Positions 14,760-22,105 of a DNA stretch of 22,155 nucleotides are shown piece by piece. The stretch's first letter is position 1. Each line of letters begins with the position of its first letter. A program made the translations under genes and the position numbers. Location of the stretch: NCBI GenBank assembly GCA_037147375.1, contig JBAWVI010000002.1, positions 1 through 22,155 of the forward strand, read 5' to 3'. This DNA comes from an archaeon (GTDB taxonomy: Archaea; Iainarchaeota; Iainarchaeia; Iainarchaeales; CSSED10-239). The notes under the pieces were generated by a model. It did no database searches, had not been told where the DNA came from, and saw only the letters and a list, made by a program, of their open reading frames with translations.

Positions 14760-15046
14760 AATTTAACGTTTCTTAAATGAGGAAATTTTTTGAAAAATTC
14801 TTCTTGAGAATGTACCTTTGTTTTTCCAGTTTTTATTTTTGCAAGTTCTTTTTCAACAGCTTTGCCTACTAGTTTTACTTCTTCTTTTGAAGGTATATAT
14901 TCTTCAGTATCTATTTTATACTTGCTTGCAAGTTCCATAATCCCAAGTCTTACGATTTCACTCTTTGTATTGAAATAACCTTTTTCTATGAACCTATCTA
15001 CATATTCCTTTGGTTTACCATTTAATCTAACCATAAACTCATCCAT
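14756..15046 (-). CDS. Ribbon-helix-helix (CopG/ParD-like) antitoxin
   Basis: VRLNGKPKEYVDRFIEKGYFNTKSEIVRLGIMEL fits the RHH strand-helix-helix pattern. It sits immediately upstream of the toxin-like ORF and overlaps it by 4 nt. Confidence 0.65.
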   Translation of the reverse strand: MDEFMVRLNGKPKEYVDRFIEKGYFNTKSEIVRLGIMELASKYKIDTEEYIPSKEEVKLVGKAVEKELAKIKTGKTKVHSQEEFFKKFPHLRNVKL

Positions 15047-15086
15047 ATTTAATCACATATATATTATAAAACAAAGAATTTAAAAG

Positions 15087-15114
15087 GATACCATAATGGT
15101 ATCTATTTGGTATC
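15087..15114. promoter_or_regulatory. Perfect 7-bp inverted repeat GATACCA-taa-TGGTATC plus a third TGGTATC 11 bp downstream; candidate RHH operator, or the pth2 3-prime hairpin
   Basis: Read directly: 15087-15093 GATACCA, 15097-15103 TGGTATC, 15108-15114 TGGTATC. It lies just upstream (minus-strand sense) of the TATA-like ttttataatatata preceding the RHH gene. Confidence 0.4.
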
Positions 15115-15124
15115 AATAAAATAA

Positions 15125-15472
15125 TTAAAGGAGTTTATATCTTGCTGTAAATTTATCAACTTCACTTTCTTTAATTGGACCAATTCCAATACAAGTAAAA
15201 TCAGGAGCTGGAAGCTGTGTATGTGCTGCATCCTTAATTAAAACAGCAGTTAATTGATTTTTTACTTCTTGATAAAGAGCAAGTAATTCTTCTCTTGATT
15301 CGACTTTTAGAACAACCTTCTTTTGTCCTTCGTTAAGCCATGCCTCTGCAACCCTAGGATCTCTCTTAGAAGTTAGAATGTACGATTCAACTGCTGCATG
15401 CGAGACTTGAGCAGCAATCTTACCTTTTCCAAGTTTTAAATCATTTCTGAAAACAATAACTTGTTTGTACAT
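15125..15472 (-). CDS. pth2: Peptidyl-tRNA hydrolase, archaeal/eukaryotic Pth2 type
   Basis: KQVIVFRNDLKLGKGKIAAQVSHAAV ... VVLKV ... IKDAAHTQLPAPDFTCIGIGP is the Pth2 signature. Confidence 0.9.
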   Translation of the reverse strand: MYKQVIVFRNDLKLGKGKIAAQVSHAAVESYILTSKRDPRVAEAWLNEGQKKVVLKVESREELLALYQEVKNQLTAVLIKDAAHTQLPAPDFTCIGIGPIKESEVDKFTARYKLL

Positions 15473-15532
15473 ATTTTTAATTTAGTTAATTTATATTTAT
15501 TTGATAAAGATAAAAAAAGATGAGAATAAAAT

Positions 15533-15892
15533 TTATTCTTCATCAAAAGCTTCAAGCTTTTTTAGAACAACATCAGAAGATTCAAGTCCAAGGTAAGTAA
15601 CTTTCCAAGTTGTATGGTTCTTTCCCCACATTGAAGTAATTTCTTTTGTTTCTCCAACAGTTAATTCTGTATTATATTCATAACCCTTATGCTCATTCTT
15701 AACCATGTACAATCTATTGTATTCCATGATTATGTGTTTAGGGTTTGCGCTAATAACTTTGAAAATATTTATTTTATTGTCTTCTTCAAACTCTTCATTT
15801 AACTCAACATAAACAACTTTGTCTTCAAACTTATTGTTTGTTGGTCTTTCCATATCTGTTATCTTTTTGATTAAATGTATTTTTATTTCCAT
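15533..15892 (-). CDS. Hypothetical protein (119 aa from the ATG at 15892; the track ORF starts at a TTG at 15931)
   Basis: Track ORF. GGAGA lies 9 nt upstream of the ATG at 15892 (MEIKIHLIKK...). I recognise no family. The sequence looks beta-rich with an acidic C-terminus. Confidence 0.55.
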   Translation of the reverse strand: MEIKIHLIKKITDMERPTNNKFEDKVVYVELNEEFEEDNKINIFKVISANPKHIIMEYNRLYMVKNEHKGYEYNTELTVGETKEITSMWGKNHTTWKVTYLGLESSDVVLKKLEAFDEE

Positions 15893-15986
15893 AATATTCA
15901 TTCTCCAAAATTTATTCTTATAAATATTCAAGATAAAACATATCTTTTCTCTATAAAGAAGTAGATAAATATATTTTTAAATATAT

Positions 15987-16988
15987 TTACCACGTGATTA
16001 TGACCTGATCTGTCCTAAAAGTTGGATTTATTATGGTTTTTTCAAGATTTACTGGTCCATCTGAGAGGAAATGCTTAAGTCCAAGATCAGCTATCATTGC
16101 ACCATTATCAAGGCATACTTGGAATGGAGGGATATATAATTTAAGCCCTCTTTGAGAACAAAACTTAATTAACATCTCTTCAAGTGCCTTACTTGCAGCA
16201 ACTCCCCCAATAACCATAAGTTCTTTCTTCTTTGTGTAAGATATACCTCTTTCAGAAACCTCAAGAAGCATAGCATAAGCTGTGTGCATGAAAGAATAAA
16301 CTAAATCTTCTTTCTTAACTTTACCAATAAGTCTAGTTGCATTTGTTAATAGACCTGAAAAGACTATATCCATTCCTTTAACAGAATATGGAAGATCTAT
16401 ATAATTGTGAGATTCAAAATAAACCTTATCTAAGATCGGGCCTCCAGGAAAACCATATCCAAGCTCTCTTGCAAATGAATCAAAAAGATTACCAATTCCA
16501 ATATCAAGTGTTTCTCCTAAGATCTTATATCTTCTATCATCAAGAGCTATTATTTGAGTATTTGCTCCACTTGTATAAATAACAAGAGGATCCTTTGCTT
16601 TCATTAATGTTTTTCCAATCTCAATATGTGCTACACAATGGTTAACACCAACAATTGGTTTATTATATTTAATTGATAAGGTTCTTGCAAAGGTTGCTCC
16701 AACTGAAAGACAAGGTCCTAGACCAGGTCCCTGAGCAAAAGAGATAACAGAAACGTCCTTCATCTTGATTTTTGCAACATCAAGTGCTTCTTTTAGAACA
16801 TCAATTGCATTTGAGTAATGAAATTGAGCTGCATCAAATGGTTTAATACCCTTATCTGGTTGCTTGTATTGTCTCTTAACGTTTGCAAGGATAATTCCAT
16901 TAAAATCAATGATACCTACACCAAAAGTGTGAGCAGTAGATTCAATTCCAAGAGAAATTAATCTTTCTTGTTTGCGCTTTGTAACCAT
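15987..16988 (-). CDS. kae1: tRNA N6-adenosine threonylcarbamoyltransferase Kae1 (KEOPS catalytic subunit), not fused to Bud32
   Basis: LGIESTAHTFGVGII ... GVNHCVAHIEIG ... ASKHA-fold motifs with the C-terminal DNGAMIA are typical of Kae1/TsaD. The archaeal context supports Kae1. Confidence 0.92.
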   Translation of the reverse strand: MVTKRKQERLISLGIESTAHTFGVGIIDFNGIILANVKRQYKQPDKGIKPFDAAQFHYSNAIDVLKEALDVAKIKMKDVSVISFAQGPGLGPCLSVGATFARTLSIKYNKPIVGVNHCVAHIEIGKTLMKAKDPLVIYTSGANTQIIALDDRRYKILGETLDIGIGNLFDSFARELGYGFPGGPILDKVYFESHNYIDLPYSVKGMDIVFSGLLTNATRLIGKVKKEDLVYSFMHTAYAMLLEVSERGISYTKKKELMVIGGVAASKALEEMLIKFCSQRGLKLYIPPFQVCLDNGAMIADLGLKHFLSDGPVNLEKTIINPTFRTDQVIITW

Positions 16989-17045
16989 AATTATAATATA
17001 GATTAGAAGAATTTAAAAAATGAAAAGAAAAAGTAAATTTAAATC

Positions 17046-17702
17046 TTATGTTGTAAAAAACTTATAATAACTATTACTTGTATTAAAAGTATAATTTCCT
17101 GCTCCTGGGTTATAAACAGCAAGACCATCATTTATATTATATTTATTAATATCTTTAATTCTTAAAGCAACAATGTATTTTTGACCTCTATTACTTAATG
17201 TAACCTTTCTTACTTGCATACCAATGTTTGGAGCTTCAATAATTTCTGGGTTACCTAAACTACTAATTCCATAATAAATTGCTGCATGACTTGGGAAATA
17301 AATTAAGTCTCCTGGTTGTAATACAGAAAATTGAGAATCAACACAAACATATTTTCCTCCACTTAAAGGACAATTAATTTTAATTATTTCCCCACCATCA
17401 GTTGGACTAGGAGAATAAGGATCTTTAACATACATACTTGCTATAGATAATCCATTTGCAAATATTTTATGTACAGAAGTAGTACTTATATCTTTTAAAC
17501 CAAGATCACCAAGAACAACAAATTGTAAACCTAAACAATCAATTCCAGGATTATTTGTAAAACCATATTTATTTAATCTTCCACCCATTCTTGATCCATA
17601 CTCTGTTCCTATGTATGAATATGCTCTTTCTGCAATTTGTTCACCTAGAGCTGAATTTGTGGTTAAACTAGGGCTAGGGTAAATAATCAGGATAATATAC
17701 AC
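17046..17702 (-). CDS. NlpC/P60-like cysteine peptidase (cell-wall endopeptidase family)
   Basis: AERAYSYIGTEYG ... GIDCLGLQFVV (catalytic Cys) ... PGDLIYFPSHAAIYYG (catalytic His) follows the NlpC/P60 order. The start is uncertain. The frame opens at a GTG directly after an in-frame TGA. There is no ATG before residue 39 and no Shine-Dalgarno motif. It overlaps the upstream ORF by 29 nt in the +1 frame. Confidence 0.7.
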   Translation of the reverse strand: MYIILIIYPSPSLTTNSALGEQIAERAYSYIGTEYGSRMGGRLNKYGFTNNPGIDCLGLQFVVLGDLGLKDISTTSVHKIFANGLSIASMYVKDPYSPSPTDGGEIIKINCPLSGGKYVCVDSQFSVLQPGDLIYFPSHAAIYYGISSLGNPEIIEAPNIGMQVRKVTLSNRGQKYIVALRIKDINKYNINDGLAVYNPGAGNYTFNTSNSYYKFFTT

Positions 17703-20049
17703 TCATAAAGTTTTCATAGAAATATAAATAATATGCTGTTTTTCTCATACTTGCATAAACAGACCAATTATCAAGTATTTTATTAGTATTATCAACTACT
17801 GCATGTGGATAATAATCTCCAACAGCAGGTATTCCTTTTGTAAAGTTATTTGCTCCTAAATCAATCCCTATTGAATATTGATAAAATGATCCAAAGGCTG
17901 TATTTATTGCATCGTTTATGCTTCCATTTGGTTGATCAATATCAGAAATACTAAATTTATTAAAATTTTCTTGAAGTTTATCTCTTGAAACTAAAAAGAA
18001 TGCAGCAGAAAGAACTAAACTTGCTTTATAATCTGTTTTACCTAATTCTATAAAACTAATAAAATTAGAATTATTTGTTATTTTATAGTTTGTTTTATTA
18101 ATATAAACAATTAAATCAGCTTGTGTAGACATAAAGTCTTCGTTTTGATTTTTAAAAGCAATTAAGTTAACTTGACCTACACCCCAAGATACTCCATCAT
18201 CTCCAACAGTTGTATTTGGATTAAATGCTGATTCCCCACCAATTACTGCAAACCAAACAGCATGTTGTTCTTCACTCATTCCTATTTTATCAGCAACGTT
18301 TTTCATTTCAGCAACAACAACTTGATTTGAGCTAACACTTATTTCATTATATTTTACAAATATAGTATCTTCTAAATTTGCATCAGAATCTTTAACACAT
18401 TGTCCAGTTGCAGTACAATTAAGTCCATCAGTACTTATATCATCACTTAAGTTAACCATTCTAAATGAGCATAACTTAGAATCAAATAGTTCACAATCTG
18501 TAGTTGGTGTTGTTTGTGTTGGTGGTAAAACTCCTCCTGTTATTCCTGGAATCCATTCAGGAAGTAATCCACCATAAAATTCAATTAACTTTCTATTGTT
18601 TATTTTATAAATATTTATATTCGCATAATTTATATCTGCAGGAACAAAAACATAATAATCATATGCATCAGTATTTGTATAACCAACTGAGAGGAGATAA
18701 GATGCATTTATTCCTGATACAGTGATTGTATTTGTATTAAGTGTGTATTGTAAATTACCTAATACTAATGGAGTTGGAACTGATACAGTATTTACTGTTT
18801 TTAATGAATTAATAATTTCTGAATTAATATTCATTCCAGTTGTTATTTGTTTTATATTTAAATTAGCTTGTTTACCACTTTCTCTAGTTATAGTAAAACT
18901 TATATTTTCTGGAGTTGCTTTAGATGTATAACAAGTATGATTATCACAAATAAATCCATCTCCACTAGCTTTAGCAGGAGTTAATTTAATTGTTGAAGAT
19001 GTAATTGTTATATCTTTTACAGTTGGTTGATTTTGAATTGGATTTGTTGGAACCAAACCATCTTCCTTACAATCACTAGAATCTATTTGACACACACTAC
19101 TACATTTAAGATTACCAGAATTATAATTTACTTTTTGTCCGATATTTAAGCTACTACAAGCTACATTTTCTAAATCTTCAGAAGTATTACAATCAGAATC
19201 ACCACAAATATAAAATAAATTCCCATCACAACTTTCGCCTTTATCTATTACATTGTTACCACAATATTCTGTTGGTTTTTTACCTGTGAAGTTAATTTCA
19301 GACATTGCAGTAAAATAATTTGGTTTTTGAAAAATATTTTCTCCATCGAGTAAAAATGTACCAAAATAATTTGATTTATCAGTTCCCCAAAAATCCTTTA
19401 AATTTGCTTCATAATATACTTTTCCATAACTATTTTTATATACTTTATATTTTAATATATATATATAAAAAGCACCTACACTTTTATTTTTGGAATTAGG
19501 ATTATTAATTGTTAAAAATCCAGTTTTTGCAATATTTTCTGTAGTTCCGCAAGCTATATCTAAAGATGGATTACTTGAAAGTGTAATTCCCATTTCTTTT
19601 AACTTTGCTATTAATCTACTTCTATTTTTTAAACAAGTTGCATCGAAATCATTTTTTACAAAATAAGTATCTTTAACGAAAAACCAATCAGAAAGCAAAT
19701 CATCCATTTCTAGCTTTTTACTTGCATCTAATGATTCTGGTAAATAAATTGAAAAATAAGATATATCTTCCATGTCTTCAATATAATATTTTTTTGCAAA
19801 AGGACCACAATACCAAGAATCACAAATTGCACCTGTTGAAGGGACACTATCATTAATAAAATTAAGTGTAATTTGACCTGTAGATGAATTTATTGTACTT
19901 GTCTTAATTTCGAGTTGCTTATATGCTCCAGGAGTATTTACTTGTCTTGTATTTGAATCTACAGCATATACAGCTCCAACATTTATTAATAACATTAATG
20001 CAATTATTGCAAATAGAATATATCCTTTAAATTTCATTTTTACCCACAT
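17674..20049 (-). CDS. Large secreted protein with a cysteine-rich repeat region and a C-terminal lytic-transglycosylase-like (SLT/GH23-like) domain
   Basis: Signal peptide MKFKGYILFAIIALMLLINVGAVYA. The Cys-rich segment EYCGNNVIDKGESCDGN...CSSVCQIDSSDC spans residues about 262-328. The SLT-like motif AVIGGESAFNPNTTVGDDGVSWGVGQVN has its candidate catalytic Glu at codon 18232-18234. Confidence 0.7.
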   Translation of the reverse strand: MWVKMKFKGYILFAIIALMLLINVGAVYAVDSNTRQVNTPGAYKQLEIKTSTINSSTGQITLNFINDSVPSTGAICDSWYCGPFAKKYYIEDMEDISYFSIYLPESLDASKKLEMDDLLSDWFFVKDTYFVKNDFDATCLKNRSRLIAKLKEMGITLSSNPSLDIACGTTENIAKTGFLTINNPNSKNKSVGAFYIYILKYKVYKNSYGKVYYEANLKDFWGTDKSNYFGTFLLDGENIFQKPNYFTAMSEINFTGKKPTEYCGNNVIDKGESCDGNLFYICGDSDCNTSEDLENVACSSLNIGQKVNYNSGNLKCSSVCQIDSSDCKEDGLVPTNPIQNQPTVKDITITSSTIKLTPAKASGDGFICDNHTCYTSKATPENISFTITRESGKQANLNIKQITTGMNINSEIINSLKTVNTVSVPTPLVLGNLQYTLNTNTITVSGINASYLLSVGYTNTDAYDYYVFVPADINYANINIYKINNRKLIEFYGGLLPEWIPGITGGVLPPTQTTPTTDCELFDSKLCSFRMVNLSDDISTDGLNCTATGQCVKDSDANLEDTIFVKYNEISVSSNQVVVAEMKNVADKIGMSEEQHAVWFAVIGGESAFNPNTTVGDDGVSWGVGQVNLIAFKNQNEDFMSTQADLIVYINKTNYKITNNSNFISFIELGKTDYKASLVLSAAFFLVSRDKLQENFNKFSISDIDQPNGSINDAINTAFGSFYQYSIGIDLGANNFTKGIPAVGDYYPHAVVDNTNKILDNWSVYASMRKTAYYLYFYENFMSVYYPDYLP

Positions 20050-20217
20050 TTAAGTTAATTAGTTAGTCTAAAATATCTATATATTATATGGATACATTTA
20101 AAAAGGTTAATCTCTAAAGCAAGGATATGCATACAAATGTATTTATAAGTATTTTCTATCTTTATAATATATCTAGCCTTTCTAAATAAAGGCCTTAAGA
20201 AAAAAGGATAAGATTAT

Positions 20218-21666
20218 ATGACTATTAAATTATATAACACTCTTACAAGAAAGAAAGAAAACTTTAAACCTGTTGAAAAAGGAAAATTAAAGATCTATGT
20301 TTGTGGTGTTACTGTTTATGATGATGTGCATCTTGGCCACGCTATGTCGTATATCTATTATGATATGCTTATTAATTACTTTAAGCATTTCCATAATTTT
20401 GATGTATTGTATGTTAGAAATATAACTGATGTTGGACATATGACAACAGATGCTGATGGTGGAGAAGACAAGATTGAGAAAAGAGCTAGTGAAAGAAAGG
20501 TTCATCCAATGGAACTTGTTTACAAGTATACTCATAAAATGTGGAAAAGTTTTGATGCAATAAACTTAACTAGACCAAATCTTGAACCTCAAGCTTCTGC
20601 GCATATCCTTGAGATGCAAGAATGGATTAAAAAAATGCTAAAGAATGGATTTGCATACGAAGTTAATGGAAACGTTTATTATGATATTTCTAAATTTGAA
20701 GATTATGGTAAGTTTTCAAATAACAATACAGAAGAAATGTTAAAAGATACTAGATTTAAGAATGATGAACAAAAAAAGCATGCAGGAGACTTTGCTTTAT
20801 GGATTAAAGCAGAACCTAAACACATTTTAAAATGGCAATCACCTTGGGGTGAAGGATACCCAGGATGGCACCTTGAATGTTCTGTTATGGGAACTAAATA
20901 TTTAGGAGATAATTTTGATATTCATGGAGGAGGAATTGAACATTTATTTCCTCATCATGAAAATGAAATTGCTCAAAACTATGGATACTTCCAAAAGAAG
21001 GTTGTTAATTATTGGGTGCACACAGCTCTCTTAATGGTTGATGGACAAAAGATGGGTAAATCAAAAGGGAATTTTATAACCATTGAAGATTTCTTAAAAA
21101 CACATTCATCTGAAGCCCTAAGATATCTTGTTCTTTCAGGGCATTATAGAAAACCACAAAATTATACAGAAACTTCAATTAAAGATTCAGAAAATGCAAT
21201 TGAAAGAATAAATAATTTTATTTTAAGATTACAAGAAGTTAAGAATGAAAAAGAAACTAAGTTTGCAGAAGCAATTATTGATAACTCAATTGAAAACTTT
21301 TCAAAGCAAATGGATGATGATCTTAATACTCCTGCTGCATTTGCAGAAATCTTCTTTTTAATTAAAGAAATAAATAAACTAATGGATACAGATAGAGTTA
21401 CTGTTTCAGAAACAGAAAAAATACTTGAATTTTTAAAGAAAATAAATCTTGTGTTTAAAATATTTACTTTTATTAAGAAAGAAGATCCTCGTAAACCAAA
21501 AAAAAATAGAATGCCTGAACCAGAAATACTTGAACAAATTAAGAAAAGAGATGAATTAAGAAACAAGAAAAAATGGGAAGATGCAGACGTTATTAGAATG
21601 AATCTTCAAAAGAAAGGTGTTGTTCTTTTCGATAACAAAGATGGAACAACTTGGAGATATGAATAA
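20218..21666 (+). CDS. cysS: Cysteinyl-tRNA synthetase
   Basis: The class I motifs are VHLGHAMSY (HIGH) and KMGKSKGN (KMSKS). The zinc/cysteine-binding WHLECS motif and the overall 482-aa CysRS layout are also present. Confidence 0.95.
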   Translation: MTIKLYNTLTRKKENFKPVEKGKLKIYVCGVTVYDDVHLGHAMSYIYYDMLINYFKHFHNFDVLYVRNITDVGHMTTDADGGEDKIEKRASERKVHPMELVYKYTHKMWKSFDAINLTRPNLEPQASAHILEMQEWIKKMLKNGFAYEVNGNVYYDISKFEDYGKFSNNNTEEMLKDTRFKNDEQKKHAGDFALWIKAEPKHILKWQSPWGEGYPGWHLECSVMGTKYLGDNFDIHGGGIEHLFPHHENEIAQNYGYFQKKVVNYWVHTALLMVDGQKMGKSKGNFITIEDFLKTHSSEALRYLVLSGHYRKPQNYTETSIKDSENAIERINNFILRLQEVKNEKETKFAEAIIDNSIENFSKQMDDDLNTPAAFAEIFFLIKEINKLMDTDRVTVSETEKILEFLKKINLVFKIFTFIKKEDPRKPKKNRMPEPEILEQIKKRDELRNKKKWEDADVIRMNLQKKGVVLFDNKDGTTWRYE

Positions 21667-21687
21667 AGCAATATAATTATATTTAAT

Positions 21688-21993
21688 CTAATGAATCTTA
21701 TTTTTATTTTTTTCTAATTTATTAATAAATGCTTTTTCTAAGTCCATATTTAGATATGATGCAAGTTTTAGTGTTTGCCAAAAAATATCTGCAACCTCGT
21801 CTTCTAAATTACCTGCGTCTGTACTATTATTAAATTCTGCTCTCTTTGTTTCTTTGTGTAATAAAACTCTTGAAACTTCTCCGATCTCTTCAACCAAATG
21901 TAAAAATGCATGTATTGGTGTTGTTTCGCTTTTTGTGTATCCTATTTTTACTAAATGTTCATAAACTAAATCTTGTGCTTCTTTTATATTCAA
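21688..21993 (-). CDS. Small MazG-like nucleoside triphosphate pyrophosphohydrolase (all-alpha NTP-PPase)
   Basis: LVEEIGEVSRVLL ... LEDEVADIFWQTLKLASYLNMDLEKAFINKLEKN carries the EExxE ... ExxD metal-binding pattern of MazG-type domains. Confidence 0.7.
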   Translation of the reverse strand: MNIKEAQDLVYEHLVKIGYTKSETTPIHAFLHLVEEIGEVSRVLLHKETKRAEFNNSTDAGNLEDEVADIFWQTLKLASYLNMDLEKAFINKLEKNKNKIH

Positions 21994-22063
21994 AATATTT
22001 TACCATCTTATATTTTATTCTTATATTAAAATTATATTCTAATTAAATTTAAAAAAATATGTA

Positions 22064-22105
22064 AAATAGTATTTGGAAGGATATTATTCATCCCAAATAC
22101 TATTT
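22064..22105. repeat. Perfect 13-bp inverted repeat (AAATAGTATTTGG / CCAAATACTATTT) around a 16-nt loop
   Basis: Read directly: left arm 22064-22076, right arm 22093-22105. It is intergenic, between the MazG-like start and the stop of a truncated minus-strand ORF at the window edge. Confidence 0.6.

Noticed and set aside
20176-20193. Hairpin gccttt-ctaaat-aaaggc just upstream of cysS, considered as a T-box-like or attenuator element
   Set aside because: It is a 6-bp stem only. T-box riboswitches are much larger bacterial elements and nothing else of that architecture is present. It is probably incidental or part of the promoter or 5-prime UTR.
2369-21566. Antisense or out-of-frame track ORFs within confident genes: 2369..2620, 4193..4489, 6118..6345, 6721..6951, 10676..10924, 10915..11097, 11094..11309, 11310..11567, 11376..11630, 12137..12442, 13845..14030, 16388..16582, 18504..18725, 18722..18931, 20287..20535, 21162..21566, 21846..22046
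   Set aside because: Each lies wholly within a gene that has clear family motifs, on the opposite strand or in another frame. Their products are Phe/Ile/Leu/Ser-rich strings typical of antisense reading of AT-rich lysine/glutamate-rich genes. None has a ribosome-binding site.
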